Origin: Paracoccaceae bacterium
Lineage (GTDB): Bacteria; Pseudomonadota; Alphaproteobacteria; Rhodobacterales; Rhodobacteraceae
Length of the DNA: 51,807 nt
NCBI GenBank assembly: GCA_039808205.1
Contig: JBDHSS010000001.1
Span: forward strand, 1-51,807
Direction of reading: 5' to 3'
This document shows, in pieces, positions 19,826-30,092 of this stretch. The notes under the pieces were generated by a model. That model saw only the letters and a program-made list of their open reading frames with translations, was not told where the DNA came from and did no database searches. Within the stretch, counting starts at the first letter, position 1; each line of letters starts with the position of its first letter. The position numbers and the translations under genes are program-made.

Positions 19826-22690
19826 CTACCCGCACGCCCCCACATGCCCGCACGATGTGCAGAAATCGCAGCCGTCGCGCCGGATCAGCGTCGGGTGGCC
19901 GCATTCCGGGCAAGTGCGCCCCTGCACCGGCGCGGGGGCGGCGCCCGGGGCAGGGGCGTCGCTCCAGAGCCGCGCCGAGCCTGCCGTCGGATAGCCGGCG
20001 GCGTCGAGGATGCCGAGCATCTCGTAGCGGTGGATCAGCAGCCGCGCGACGTAGGCGAGCGTCGAGGGCTGCACCGCCTGCTTCTCGCGCCCCGGCACTC
20101 GCGCGAAGAAGTCGCCCTGCGCCTCCGGCAGGTCCTTGAGCCCGCGCAGCTTCTTGCCGATCCACGCCGGGTCGATCACCCGCATGTCGAGCGACAGCGA
20201 CTTGGTCAGGCCGTTGAACTCCAGCGGATAGGCGCCGGACAGCCACACCGAGAACGGCCGCTTCGTCCCGTCCGGCAGCACGCATTCCTTGACGAACATC
20301 GCGAAGTCGTCGCCGGTCGCCGGATTAAGGATGTCGACCGTCCAGCTGAGCGTGCCGTCGACCCCCGACTTCGGCTCCTTCCGCGAGAACATCGCGTCGA
20401 CGAGCGGCGTCTCGCCCTCCTCGCCGTCGAAGACGCCGAGTGCCCGGCAGCGGTGCTCGACCACCTTGGCGAAGGCCGAGACGTTGCCGGCGACCGGCAC
20501 GCTGACCCCGTCGGGCGGCATCGCCACCGTGAACGGCGCCCCCGGCGTCCGCGCCAGGCTGTCGAGCTTCAGCATCAGCCAGGCGCGGTCCTGCGCGCGC
20601 ATGTCCATCGAGAGGTTCTTGGCCAAGGCCGCCAGCCCGCGCGGCGTCTGCTCGCCGTTGACCCAGACCTCGAACGGGTGCCGGTCGCCGTTCTCCACGT
20701 GGCCGACGAAGACCGCGAACCGGGTGCCGGGCGCCTCGATCATGTAGGTCCACGACGGCGAGCCGGCGACGAGCTTCGGCCGGTGCGGCCAGCGCAGCGC
20801 GGCGAGCGCCACCTGCGGCGCGGCGGAGATGCGGATCCGCCGGTCGGGCTCGGTCTGGTCGAGATCCTGCGGCGCCCCGGTGTCGGCCGACAGCACCGCG
20901 CCGAGCACGCGGTTCGGGCGGTAAGTGGTGATCCCCTTCAGGCCCGCATGCCAGGCCTCGAGATAGAGCCCCTCGAAGTCCTCGAACGGATAATCCTCGG
21001 GCACGTTGACCGTCTTCGAGATCGACGCGTCGACATAGGGCTGGATCGCTGCCTGCATCAGCATGTGGTCGCGCGCCGAGATCTCGAGCGCGCTGACGAA
21101 GGCCTCGGGCAGCGCCGCCTCGCCGCGCTCGGCGCGCCAGCGGCGCCAGGCGTGGTCCTCGACCCGGTACTCGCGCATCGCCCCGTCGGCCTCGCGCTTG
21201 CGGCGGGTGTAGAACCACGCATAGGCTGGCTCGATGCCGTTCGAGGCGTTGTCGGCGAACGCGAGGCTGATCGTCCCGGTCGGTGCGATCGACAGGAGAT
21301 GGCTGTTGCGGATGCCATGCGCGGCGATCTCGGTCCGGATCTCCTCCGGCAGCCGGCGCGCCATGCCGGAGGCGAGATAGGCCTCGGCTTCGAAGAGCGG
21401 AAACGCGCCCTTCTCGCGCGCCAGCGCCACGCTCGCGCGATAGGCGGCGTCGCGCATGGTGCGGGCGATGCCGGCGGCGGTCTCGCGCGCCGCCGCAGTG
21501 TCGTAACGCAGCCCGAGCAGGATCAGCGCGTCGCCGAGCCCGGTGAAGCCGAGCCCCGTCCGGCGCTTCGCCGCCGCCTCGCGCGCCTGCTCGGGCAGCG
21601 GCCAGACCGTCGCGGCCAGCACGTTGTCGAGCATCCGCACCGCCACCGCCACGGTCGCTGCGAAGCGGCCGTGATCGAACGCTGCGTCCGGCCCGAAGGC
21701 GCCGGTGACGAAGCGCGTGAGGTCGATCGAGCCGAGGCAGCAGCAGCCGTGGTCCGGGATCGGGATCTCGCCGCAGGGGTTGGTCGCCTCGATCACCTCG
21801 CAATAGGCAAGGTTGTTCTCGGCATTGATGCGGTCGAGGAACAGCACGCCGGGCTCCGCCGCCTCGTAGGTCGAGCGCATGATCGCCGACCAGAGCTCGC
21901 GGCCGCGGATCGTCGCATAGACCCAGGCGCCGTCCTCGCGCCGGTGCGCGCCGCCGGCAAGCTGCGCCGGGCCGGGCTCGGCGCGGTGCACGAGCTCGAA
22001 GTCGCCGTCCGCCTCCACCGCGCGCATCAGGGCGTCGGTGACGCCGACCGAGATGTTGAAGTTGTTGAGCCGCCCGGCCTGGCGCTTCGCGCCGACGAAC
22101 TCGAGGATGTCCGGGTGGTCGCAGCGCAGCACGCCCATCTGCGCGCCGCGCCGCGCGCCGGCCGATTCGACCGTGGCGCAGGACTGGTCGAAGACGTGCA
22201 TGTAGCTGATCGGCCCCGACGCGGCGCTGTCGGTACCGTGCACCCGTGCGCCGCGCGGCCGGATCGCCGAGAAGTCGTAGCCGACGCCGCCGCCGCGCCG
22301 CATCGTCTCCGCCGCCTCGCGCAGCGCGATGTAGATGCCGGGCTTGCCGTCGATGGTTTCGGACACCGAGTCGCCCACCGGTTGCACGAAGCAGTTGATG
22401 AGCGTCACGTCGCGGATGCCGGATCCGGCCGCCGAGTTGATCCGGCCGCCCGGGATGAAGCCGTCCTCGAGCGCCCGGAGGAACGCGGCCTCGTGCGCCG
22501 CCGGATCGGCCTCGACCGCGGCGAGCGCGTGTGCGACCCGTCGCCGCACCGCGCGCACCGCCTCCGGCCCCGGCAGCTCGCGCTCGGCCCCCTTGGCGTA
22601 CTTCTCCCGCAGCACGTCGAGGCTCACCTGCTGCCACGGCAGCTCGGCGGCCGAGAGGGCGCGGAAATCCGGGGCGTCGGGCTTGTTCAT
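19826..22690 (-). CDS. nrdJ: Adenosylcobalamin-dependent class II ribonucleotide reductase
   Basis: [39 protein letters not shown], and C-terminal CPEC...CTSC...C. Confidence 0.94.
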   Translation of the reverse strand: MNKPDAPDFRALSAAELPWQQVSLDVLREKYAKGAERELPGPEAVRAVRRRVAHALAAVEADPAAHEAAFLRALEDGFIPGGRINSAAGSGIRDVTLINCFVQPVGDSVSETIDGKPGIYIALREAAETMRRGGGVGYDFSAIRPRGARVHGTDSAASGPISYMHVFDQSCATVESAGARRGAQMGVLRCDHPDILEFVGAKRQAGRLNNFNISVGVTDALMRAVEADGDFELVHRAEPGPAQLAGGAHRREDGAWVYATIRGRELWSAIMRSTYEAAEPGVLFLDRINAENNLAYCEVIEATNPCGEIPIPDHGCCCLGSIDLTRFVTGAFGPDAAFDHGRFAATVAVAVRMLDNVLAATVWPLPEQAREAAAKRRTGLGFTGLGDALILLGLRYDTAAARETAAGIARTMRDAAYRASVALAREKGAFPLFEAEAYLASGMARRLPEEIRTEIAAHGIRNSHLLSIAPTGTISLAFADNASNGIEPAYAWFYTRRKREADGAMREYRVEDHAWRRWRAERGEAALPEAFVSALEISARDHMLMQAAIQPYVDASISKTVNVPEDYPFEDFEGLYLEAWHAGLKGITTYRPNRVLGAVLSADTGAPQDLDQTEPDRRIRISAAPQVALAALRWPHRPKLVAGSPSWTYMIEAPGTRFAVFVGHVENGDRHPFEVWVNGEQTPRGLAALAKNLSMDMRAQDRAWLMLKLDSLARTPGAPFTVAMPPDGVSVPVAGNVSAFAKVVEHRCRALGVFDGEEGETPLVDAMFSRKEPKSGVDGTLSWTVDILNPATGDDFAMFVKECVLPDGTKRPFSVWLSGAYPLEFNGLTKSLSLDMRVIDPAWIGKKLRGLKDLPEAQGDFFARVPGREKQAVQPSTLAYVARLLIHRYEMLGILDAAGYPTAGSARLWSDAPAPGAAPAPVQGRTCPECGHPTLIRRDGCDFCTSCGHVGACG

Positions 22691-22717
22691 GAAACGCTCC
22701 GCAGCGGCTCGGGCGGG

Positions 22718-22817
22718 CCTCCAAAGATAGGTGTCGGCCCGGCCGCGGTCAATTGCGAAGCCCGGATCGGCCCGCTATATTGCGTCTCCGTGGCCGGTTT
22801 GCCCCAAAGCATAGCGA
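22718..22817. promoter_or_regulatory. Putative NrdR boxes upstream of nrdJ
   Basis: Cores resembling CwAtATaTwG: CGCTATATTG (22773-22782) and CAAAGCATAG (22805-22814), 32 bp apart as is typical for tandem NrdR boxes; a weaker third CCAAAGATAG at 22721-22730. Confidence 0.6.
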
Positions 22818-22833
22818 TTCGCCGAAGCGACCG

Positions 22834-23268
22834 ATGACGATCCATCTCATCAAGCTCTGCGTCGGCGCCGACAGCGTCGAGGATCTCCTGAGCTGGCAGG
22901 CCGACCGCATGGCTGAGCGGCGCGCCGCTGGGCTCGAGCCGGTGCCGTTCCACGTCACCCGCATGTGGCCGAAGCGCGGCGACGAGATCGCCGCCGGCGG
23001 CTCGCTCTACTGGGTGTTCCACGGCCTGGTGCTCGCGCGCCAGCGCATTCTCGCGCTGGAGCCGCGCCGCGGCGAGGACGGCATCGAGCGCTGCGCGCTC
23101 CGGCTCGACGCCGATGTGGTGCGCACCGCGCCGCAGCCGCGCCGGCCGTTCCAGGGCTGGCGCTACCTGCGGCCCGAGGATGCGCCGGCCGACCTCGTGC
23201 TCGGCCCTGACGCGCACGACATGCCGCCGGCGCTCGTCGCCGGCCTCGCCGAAATCGGAGTGCTCTGA
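22834..23268 (+). CDS. DUF1489 family protein
   Basis: HLIKLCVG, HVTRMWPKR, GGSLYWV, RPFQGWRYL. Confidence 0.9.
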   Translation: MTIHLIKLCVGADSVEDLLSWQADRMAERRAAGLEPVPFHVTRMWPKRGDEIAAGGSLYWVFHGLVLARQRILALEPRRGEDGIERCALRLDADVVRTAPQPRRPFQGWRYLRPEDAPADLVLGPDAHDMPPALVAGLAEIGVL

Positions 23269-23271
23269 TCC

Positions 23272-23712
23272 ATGCGCCTCGCGTTCGCCTTCGTCGCGGC
23301 CCTCGTGGCCACGCCGGCCGCCGCCGCCTCGTCCTACGACTACGACACGCTCGGCGCCGAGTTCTGCCGGCTGTCGACCGCGGGTGATCTCGCGGGGCTT
23401 CGGCCGCTCCTCTCGCGCGAGCTCGCCGCCGCGCTCGACGCGGCCGCAAGAAGCCCGATGCTGCCGCCGCCGCAGGCGCTGTTCCAGACCTACACCAATG
23501 CGATGCCGGTCTGCGCCGCCCGCACCCGCAACGCCGCGCTGGTCGAGATCACCCGCAGCCGCGCGCCGGGCGCCGGCCCCGCCTGGATCGAGTATCTCGT
23601 CGTCGTGCCCGAGGCCGACGGCACCGACCGCATCGACGACGTGCTCTTCGCCACCCGCCGCAGCGACACGCTCAAGGCCCGCCTCGCCGCCTTCGCCGCC
23701 GCCGGGCACTGA
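23272..23712 (+). CDS. Hypothetical exported protein
   Basis: Signal-peptide-like [21 protein letters not shown]3-rich codons, two Cys residues. Confidence 0.7.
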   Translation: MRLAFAFVAALVATPAAAASSYDYDTLGAEFCRLSTAGDLAGLRPLLSRELAAALDAAARSPMLPPPQALFQTYTNAMPVCAARTRNAALVEITRSRAPGAGPAWIEYLVVVPEADGTDRIDDVLFATRRSDTLKARLAAFAAAGH

Positions 23713-23722
23713 CGCCCCGGCG

Positions 23723-24718
23723 GTGCGCGGCATCCCCGCCCCGGTCGACCGCGATGTCGTCCTGCCGGACTTCGCCTTCGCCGACGGCGCCACGCTGCCG
23801 GCCGTCCGCGTCCGCGTGACCACGCTCGGCGACCCTGCCGCGCCGCCGGTGCTCGTTCTGCACGGCACCGGCGCGTCGGGGCGCGGGCTGCTGACGGCGG
23901 GCTTCGCCGGGACGCTTTTCGGTCCGGGACAGCCGCTCGACGCAGCGCGCCACTTCCTGATCCTGCCCGACGCCCTCGGCGCCGGCGCCAGCGCGAAGCC
24001 CTCCGACGGCCTGCGCACCGCCTTTCCGCGCTATACCTACGCCGACATGGTCAGGGCGCAGTTCCGCCTGGTGACCGAGGGCCTCGGCCTCGGCCACCTG
24101 CGCCTCGTCCTCGGCAACTCGATGGGCGGGATGCACGCCTGGCTCTGGGGCATCGCGCATCCGGGCTTCATGGACGCGCTCGTGCCGATGGCCTGCCTGC
24201 CGGCGGCGATGGGCGGCCGCAACTGGATGCTGCGGCGGCTGCTCGTCGATGCGGTGCGGAGCGACCCCGCGTGGCAAGGCGGCGCCTACGTCGATCAGCC
24301 GCCGAGCCTTTCGCGCGCGCTCGCGTGGTTCGAGATCGCGACGTCGGGCGGCACTCTGGCGTTGCACGCAGGTGCGCCCGATCCCCCGGCCGCCGACGCC
24401 GCGGTGGCCGCGCTCCTCGCCGAGCGCCAGGCCGTCGACGCCAACGACCTGATCCATCAAATCGAGGCCGGGCGCGACTACGATCCTTCGGCCGCGCTCG
24501 AGCGCATCACGGCGCCGGTCCTCGCCATCGTCGCCGCCGACGACGAGCGCAATCCGCCCGAGCTCGGCATTCTCGAAGCCGCCGCCCGCCGCCTGCCGCG
24601 CCTCGAGATCCACCTCATTCCCGCAAGCCGCGCCACCCGCGGCCACGCCACCACGGTCGCGGACGCCGGTCTCTACGCCGATCGTCTGGCGCGCTTCCTC
24701 CGGTCGCTGCCGACCTGA
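23723..24718 (+). CDS. Alpha/beta hydrolase, homoserine O-acetyltransferase-like fold
   Basis: VLHGTG, KPSDGLR..FPRY.Y.DMV, nucleophile GNSMGG, DDERNPPE, RGH; GTG start inferred. Confidence 0.85.
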   Translation: MRGIPAPVDRDVVLPDFAFADGATLPAVRVRVTTLGDPAAPPVLVLHGTGASGRGLLTAGFAGTLFGPGQPLDAARHFLILPDALGAGASAKPSDGLRTAFPRYTYADMVRAQFRLVTEGLGLGHLRLVLGNSMGGMHAWLWGIAHPGFMDALVPMACLPAAMGGRNWMLRRLLVDAVRSDPAWQGGAYVDQPPSLSRALAWFEIATSGGTLALHAGAPDPPAADAAVAALLAERQAVDANDLIHQIEAGRDYDPSAALERITAPVLAIVAADDERNPPELGILEAAARRLPRLEIHLIPASRATRGHATTVADAGLYADRLARFLRSLPT

Positions 24719-24724
24719 ATCCCG

Positions 24725-24768
24725 GTGCATGGGTTGTGCATGGAATGTACATGCGTTGTACGTGCCCG
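24725..24768. repeat. Four degenerate 11-bp tandem units between convergent genes
   Basis: GTGCATGGGTT, GTGCATGGAAT, GTACATGCGTT, GTACGTGCCCG. Confidence 0.75.
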
Positions 24769-24771
24769 AAA

Positions 24772-26436
24772 TCAGCTTTCCGCCGTCGCCCTCAGCGCCG
24801 CCTCCCGCATCGCGCTCAGCGTCTGCCGCGGCGTCAGCGCCTCCGGCGAGACGTCGAGGTCGAGCACCGCCCCGGTCCGCGAGGCGAGCGCCCGCGCGAA
24901 GGCCGCTGGAAAGTCCGCGGTCCGCGCCACCCGCTCCGCATGAAAGCCGTAGGCCTGCGCGAGCCGGGTGAAGTCCGGGTTCTGCAGCGTCGTCCCCGAA
25001 ACCCGCCCCGGATAGGTCCGCTCCTGATGCGCGCGGATCGTTCCGTAGATGCCGTTGTTCACGATGAGCACGATCGGCTGCGCGCGCGCCTGCATCGCCG
25101 TCCCGAGCTCCTGGCAGGTCATCTGGAAGTCCCCGTCGCCGGCGAAGCACACCACGACGCGCTCCGGGCGGGCGAGCTTGGCCGCCACCGCCGCCGGCAG
25201 CCCGTAGCCCATCGCCCCCGACTGCGGCGCCAGGAGCCGCGCCTCCGGCCCGAACGCGAAGAACTTGTTCGGCCAGACGGTAAAGTTCCCCGCGCCATTG
25301 GTCAGGATCACGTCGTCGGGCAGCACCTCGCGCAGGTGCGCTGTCACCTCTCCCATGTCGACCGGCGACGGCTGCGGCGACAGCGCGAAGCTCGCCTCCC
25401 ACGCCGCCCGGCCCTCGGCCCGCCAGCCGGCCCAGCCGCCCCGGACCGGCCGCAGCGCCGCGGCGAAGGCGTTCGGCCCCGCCTGGATGCCGAGCGCCGG
25501 GCGATAGATCTTGCCGATTTCCCGGTCCGAGGCATGGACATGAATGAGCGCCTGCTCGGGCTCCGGCACCCGGAGAGCCGTGTAGCCGTCGGTCGTCATC
25601 TCACCGAACCGCGTGTTGATCGCGAGGATCACGTCCGCGTCGCCGATCAGCCGCCGGACATGCGCGGGCATCCCCACGCCCGCCTCGCCGCAGAAGACCG
25701 GCGAGCGGTTGTCAACCTGGTCCTGGTAGCGGAAGCCGGCGACCACCGGCACGTCCGACGCCTCGGCGAAGCGCTGGAGCGCCGCCGCGCCCGAGCGGGT
25801 CCAGTTCGCCCCGGCGATCAGGACGAGCGGCCGCTCGGCGCCTTCGACGAGCGCCAGCGCCTCCGCCATCGCCTCGGGCGACGGCGCCGGCTCCAGAACC
25901 CGCGCCGGACCCGTCAGCGGCGGCGCGTCGGTCGTCGCGGTCAGCGTGTCCTCGGGCAGCGCGATCACCACCGGCCCCGGCCGCCCGGTGATCGCCGTCG
26001 TCCAGGCCCGCGCCAGCATCTCCGGGATCCGCTCCGCCCGGTCGATCTCCACCGCCCATTTCGCCATCGGCCCGAAGACCGCCGGATAGGCGAGCTCCTG
26101 GAACGCCTCGCGCCCCTTCATGTCGGTGCCGACCTGGCCGACGAAGAGCAGCATCGGCACGCTGTCCTGCATCGCCGTGTGCACGCCGATCGCGGCGTTG
26201 GTCGCCCCCGGCCCCCGCGTCACGAAGCAGAGGCCGGGCTCGCCGGTCAGCTTGCCCCAGGCCGCGGCCATGAACGCCGCACCCCCTTCGTTGCGGCAGA
26301 GCACGAGGTCGAGCACGCCCCGCGTGTCGTGGAGCGCATCGAGCACCGCGAGATAGCTCTCGCCCGGCACGCCGAAGCCCTTCCTCGCCCCGAGCGCGAT
26401 CAGGCTCTCGACCAGGAGCCGCCCACCGTTCCGCAT
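24772..26436 (-). CDS. Thiamine pyrophosphate-dependent enzyme (acetolactate synthase large subunit-like)
   Basis: FGVPGESYL, RNEGGA.FMA, TRGPGATN, GAMGYGLP, GDGDFQM..N. Start 26436 has a well-spaced GGAGG; 26445 is the alternative. Confidence 0.9.
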   Translation of the reverse strand: MRNGGRLLVESLIALGARKGFGVPGESYLAVLDALHDTRGVLDLVLCRNEGGAAFMAAAWGKLTGEPGLCFVTRGPGATNAAIGVHTAMQDSVPMLLFVGQVGTDMKGREAFQELAYPAVFGPMAKWAVEIDRAERIPEMLARAWTTAITGRPGPVVIALPEDTLTATTDAPPLTGPARVLEPAPSPEAMAEALALVEGAERPLVLIAGANWTRSGAAALQRFAEASDVPVVAGFRYQDQVDNRSPVFCGEAGVGMPAHVRRLIGDADVILAINTRFGEMTTDGYTALRVPEPEQALIHVHASDREIGKIYRPALGIQAGPNAFAAALRPVRGGWAGWRAEGRAAWEASFALSPQPSPVDMGEVTAHLREVLPDDVILTNGAGNFTVWPNKFFAFGPEARLLAPQSGAMGYGLPAAVAAKLARPERVVVCFAGDGDFQMTCQELGTAMQARAQPIVLIVNNGIYGTIRAHQERTYPGRVSGTTLQNPDFTRLAQAYGFHAERVARTADFPAAFARALASRTGAVLDLDVSPEALTPRQTLSAMREAALRATAES

Positions 26437-26511
26437 CCGCGCCATCCTCCGCCGCCGCTCGCGCGATCCTGCCCGCAAGCGGCGAGCGGCGAAACGGAAA
26501 ACACCGCGGCT

Positions 26512-27222
26512 TCAACCGACGCCGCCCGCCGGACGCACCTGCGCCCGTGCCCGCAGGGCAATGTCCTGCAACGCCCGCAGCTGGCCGGCGAAGCCGGGGC
26601 TCGCGGCGGGAAAGGCGCCGGCGAGCGCCGCGGTGCCGACGGTGAATCCCGCCGCGCCGGCCTCCGCCGAGGCGACGGCGCGTGCCTCGCGGTCGATGCT
26701 GCCCGCCACGATGACCGGTTTCGCCACGGCCCGGCAGACCGCGCGCATCAGCCGCGGCACGTCGCCGGCGTAGCGATAGGCGAGCAGGTCGAGGCCGTCG
26801 ACCGCCTCGAGCGCGCCGAGGCGCCGGGCCGAGGCGACGATCTCCGCCTCGCTGCCCGAGAGGACGCTCGGATGGCCGCTGACCGGACCTGCGAACGGGT
26901 AGTAGCGGACCGGGGAGCCGCGGAGCACCTCGGCCACGACCTCGGGCCGCGTGCCGCCGAGCAGGCAGTCGACGCCGAGCGCCACCGCCGCCTCGGCCGA
27001 GGCGCGCTCCTCGCGCGCCGCGAGGCTCACCACCTCGAGGTAGGAGCGGCCGCCCGCCGCGCGGATCGCCGCGGCGAGCCCCGCGAGCTCGGCCAGTGGC
27101 AGGCCCACGTCCTTGAATCCGATGTGCCGCACGCCGGCCGTCAGCGCCTCCGCCAGTCGCGCCGGCGCGTCGGCGACGGTGCGGTCGTCGGCGGTCAGCA
27201 TCAGGATGAAGTCGAACGCCAT
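26512..27222 (-). CDS. Uncharacterised TIM-barrel protein (ribulose-phosphate-binding barrel-like)
   Basis: Alternating beta/alpha pattern, HIGFKDVG, LEVVS, DLLAYR, and C-terminal IVAGSI and FTVGTA phosphate-binding-like loops. Confidence 0.7.
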   Translation of the reverse strand: MAFDFILMLTADDRTVADAPARLAEALTAGVRHIGFKDVGLPLAELAGLAAAIRAAGGRSYLEVVSLAAREERASAEAAVALGVDCLLGGTRPEVVAEVLRGSPVRYYPFAGPVSGHPSVLSGSEAEIVASARRLGALEAVDGLDLLAYRYAGDVPRLMRAVCRAVAKPVIVAGSIDREARAVASAEAGAAGFTVGTAALAGAFPAASPGFAGQLRALQDIALRARAQVRPAGGVG

Positions 27223-27250
27223 CGCCGCACGGCCTCCGGCGCCGCCGGCG

Positions 27251-27466
27251 TCAGGCGTCGCCCTCGAGGGTGAAGCCGGCCTTCAGCACCACCTGGTAGT
27301 GGCGCACCCCGCCGTCCTCGACGTGTCCGCGGATCTGGGTCACCTCGAACCACCGCAGGTTGCGCAAGGTCTCGTCGGCGCGGCGCACGGCCGTGTCGAT
27401 CGCCTCCTCGATGCCGTTCTTCGAGGTGCCGACCAGCTCGACCACCTTGTAGACGTGTTCCGACAT
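27251..27466 (-). CDS. Dodecin (flavin-binding)
   Basis: HVYK.VELVGTS, A..TLRNL.WFEV..IRG, YQV.LK.GF.LE; 71 aa; GGGAGG RBS. Confidence 0.93.
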   Translation of the reverse strand: MSEHVYKVVELVGTSKNGIEEAIDTAVRRADETLRNLRWFEVTQIRGHVEDGGVRHYQVVLKAGFTLEGDA

Positions 27467-27619
27467 GACGTCCTCCCGTTGCCTGCGCGGGACCGAGCAT
27501 CCGCCCGCACCCGCGGCGACGCAAGCGCGCGCGGAACGAATGTGGGAAGGAGGCGGCGGATTGCGGCGGCGCGTGGCGGCGTGCTAGCGAAGGGCGGCAT
27601 TGCCCGGGAGGACGACCGA

Positions 27620-28603
27620 ATGCACGTGCTCGTCATCGGCGCGGCCGGGATGGTCGGCGCCAAGCTCGCGAGGTCTTTCGCGACGGATCCTGCGCCCGGC
27701 GTCGAGCGGCTGACGCTCGTCGACGTGGTCGCGCCATCGGTGCCCGATGGCCTCGACCGGCAGGGGATCGAAGCGACCGCCGCGACGCTCGACCTCCGCG
27801 ACACCGCGGCGGTGGCGGCGCGCGTCGCGGAGCGGCCGGACGTGATCTTCCACCTCGCCGCCATCGTCTCCGGCGAGGCCGAGGCCGACTTCGACAAGGG
27901 CTATGCCGTCAACTTCGACGGCACGCGCCACCTTCTCGACGCGATCCGCGTCCTGCCCGACTACACGCCGCGCTTGGTCTTCACCTCGTCGATCGCGGTC
28001 TTCGGCGCGCCGTTTCCCGAGGCGATCCCCGACGACTTCGCGCTGACGCCGCTGACGAGCTACGGCACCCAGAAGGCAATGGGCGAGCTCCTGCTGGCCG
28101 ATTACTCGCGGCGCGGCTTTCTCGACGGCATCGGCATCCGGCTGCCGACGATCTGCATCCGTCCGGGACTGCCGAACAAGGCGGCGTCCGGGTTCTTCTC
28201 CGGGATCCTGCGCGAGCCGCTCGTCGGCAAGGAGGCGGTGCTGCCGGTCGCGGACGCCGTGCGGCACTGGCACGCGAGCCCGCGCGCGGCGGTGGGCTTC
28301 CTGCGCCACGCGATGACGCTCGACACCGCACCGCTCGGCGCGCGCCGCAGCCTGACGATGCCGGGCCTCTCGGCGACGGTCGGCGAGCAGATCGAGGCGC
28401 TGCGCCGCGCTGCCGGCGATGCGGCCGTCGCGCTGATCCGGCGCGAGCCCGACGACGCCATCCGCCGCATGGTCGCCGGCTGGCCCGGCCGGTTCGACGC
28501 GGCCCGCGCCACGGCGCTCGGTTTCCGCGCCGAGCGGTCGTTCGACGAGATCATCGCCGCCCATGTGGCGGACGAGCTCGGCGGCCGCATCGGGCCGCGC
28601 TGA
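27620..28603 (+). CDS. denD: D-erythronate dehydrogenase (extended SDR)
   Basis: GAAGMVG, HLAAIVSGEAE.DF..GY.VN, YGTQK, RPG.PNKAASGFFS; otnK/otnC lie nearby. Confidence 0.85.
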   Translation: MHVLVIGAAGMVGAKLARSFATDPAPGVERLTLVDVVAPSVPDGLDRQGIEATAATLDLRDTAAVAARVAERPDVIFHLAAIVSGEAEADFDKGYAVNFDGTRHLLDAIRVLPDYTPRLVFTSSIAVFGAPFPEAIPDDFALTPLTSYGTQKAMGELLLADYSRRGFLDGIGIRLPTICIRPGLPNKAASGFFSGILREPLVGKEAVLPVADAVRHWHASPRAAVGFLRHAMTLDTAPLGARRSLTMPGLSATVGEQIEALRRAAGDAAVALIRREPDDAIRRMVAGWPGRFDAARATALGFRAERSFDEIIAAHVADELGGRIGPR

Positions 28604-28688
28604 AACCCTGTTCGGCGGCATCGACCGACATTATGCTGCCGCGCAAGAGGAGCCGAAGGGGCCTGAGATCGCCCGGGAGGAACGACTG

Positions 28689-30092
28689 ATGCGTCTGGGT
28701 TCGTTGCTGCTGACGGGCGCGCTCGTCGTGCCGCTGGCCGCCGCCGTGCCCGGCGCGCGGGCGCAGGATACGGCGGAGCAGACCTCGGGGCTCAATGCCG
28801 AGACCTCCGCGCCCGCCGGCGACGCCGCGGCATCCGACGCCGATCTGCTCGATGACGCGGCGCTCGACGACCTGCTGGCGCCGGTCGCGCTCTTTCCCGA
28901 TTCGCTCCTGACCCAGATCCTCGTCGCCGCCACCCTGCCGCTCGAGGTGGTGAAGGCCGACCGCTTCCTCGACGAGAACGCCGACCTCTCCGACAAGGAC
29001 CGCGCCGCGAAGGCCGAGGCCGAGGGCTGGGACCCGAGCGTCGCCGTGCTCGCCGGCGGCTTCCCGACGGTGATTGCGCGCATGGCCGACGAGATCGACT
29101 GGACCGAGAACCTCGGCGACGCAGTGATGGCGCAGTCGGAGGACGTGCTCGACGCCGTGCAGCGGCTGCGCGAGCAGGCGGCCGTCGCCGGCAATCTCAC
29201 GAGCAACGCCGCGCAGACCGTCGACGACACCGGCGACACGATCACCATCGAGCCGACCGACCCGAGCACCGTCTACGTGCCGACCTACGACCCGGGGGTC
29301 GTCTACACCGCACCGCCGGCCCAGCCTGTGGCGGCCCCTGCGCCAGTGCCGGTCACGACGACGACGGTCGACAGCGGCTGGTCGGCCGGCGACGTGCTGG
29401 CCACCGGGGCGATCGCCTTCGGCAGCGCGCTCCTCATTGACGAGATCTTCAACGAGGACGACGATTGGGACGACTACTGGCGTGGGCCGCCGCCGATCGA
29501 CTGGGACGAGGACAATTTCCGGCCGCGACCCGGCGTCACGGTCAACGGCGACGTCACCATCGACCGCGACCGGAACCGCGTCCGCATCGACTCCGACGGC
29601 AAGTGGAAGCCGACGCCCGAGCAGCGGCAGGCGGCGCAGGGCCGCATCGCCAACCGCGAGGCCGAGGGCAGGGGGCTCAGCCAGGCGCAGCGCGACACGC
29701 TGAAGGCGCGGAGCCCGGACCGTGCCGGGGCCGCGCGGGTCCAGGCCGCCGGCAAGAGCGGTGACGCCCGGAGCAAGCTGCAGGCGGCGTCCGAGAAGCA
29801 GAAGGCCACCAACCGCCCCTCGGCGCTGCAGCCCGCCGACCGCGACCGGCCGAAGGCCAAGGCCGCCGCCGACCGCGGCGCCACCAGCCTGAAGCATGAC
29901 AAGGCGCCCTCCGCCGTCAAGGCGCGCACCGAAGGCGCCGCCAAGGCCAAGCAGGTCAGCAAGCCCAAGGTCGCCAAGCATCCGGAACGCAAGGCCGCGC
30001 CGCGTGCCTCGGCGTTCGACAAGCCGTCCGGCGGCGGCGGGCGGGCCAAGGCCGCCTCGTCCCGCGGCCACGCCCATCGCCAGCGCAAATGA
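28689..30092 (+). CDS. DUF3300 domain protein, exported, with basic low-complexity tail
   Basis: LDDLLAPVALFPD.LL.QIL.AAT.P, WDPSV, V.DAVQRLR, VYVP.YDP.VVY. Confidence 0.9.
   Translation: MRLGSLLLTGALVVPLAAAVPGARAQDTAEQTSGLNAETSAPAGDAAASDADLLDDAALDDLLAPVALFPDSLLTQILVAATLPLEVVKADRFLDENADLSDKDRAAKAEAEGWDPSVAVLAGGFPTVIARMADEIDWTENLGDAVMAQSEDVLDAVQRLREQAAVAGNLTSNAAQTVDDTGDTITIEPTDPSTVYVPTYDPGVVYTAPPAQPVAAPAPVPVTTTTVDSGWSAGDVLATGAIAFGSALLIDEIFNEDDDWDDYWRGPPPIDWDEDNFRPRPGVTVNGDVTIDRDRNRVRIDSDGKWKPTPEQRQAAQGRIANREAEGRGLSQAQRDTLKARSPDRAGAARVQAAGKSGDARSKLQAASEKQKATNRPSALQPADRDRPKAKAAADRGATSLKHDKAPSAVKARTEGAAKAKQVSKPKVAKHPERKAAPRASAFDKPSGGGGRAKAASSRGHAHRQRK

Noticed and set aside
22691-22833. Cobalamin riboswitch upstream of nrdJ
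   Set aside because: No B12-box or conserved GGGAA and GCAACTGT-type elements; the space is occupied by NrdR-like boxes.
19844-27273. Very long alternative ORFs (e.g. 19844-22837 +, 24271-27273 +, and similar ones throughout)
   Set aside because: Antisense or off-frame shadows of real genes in high-GC DNA; Arg/Pro/Ala-rich with no recognisable motifs.
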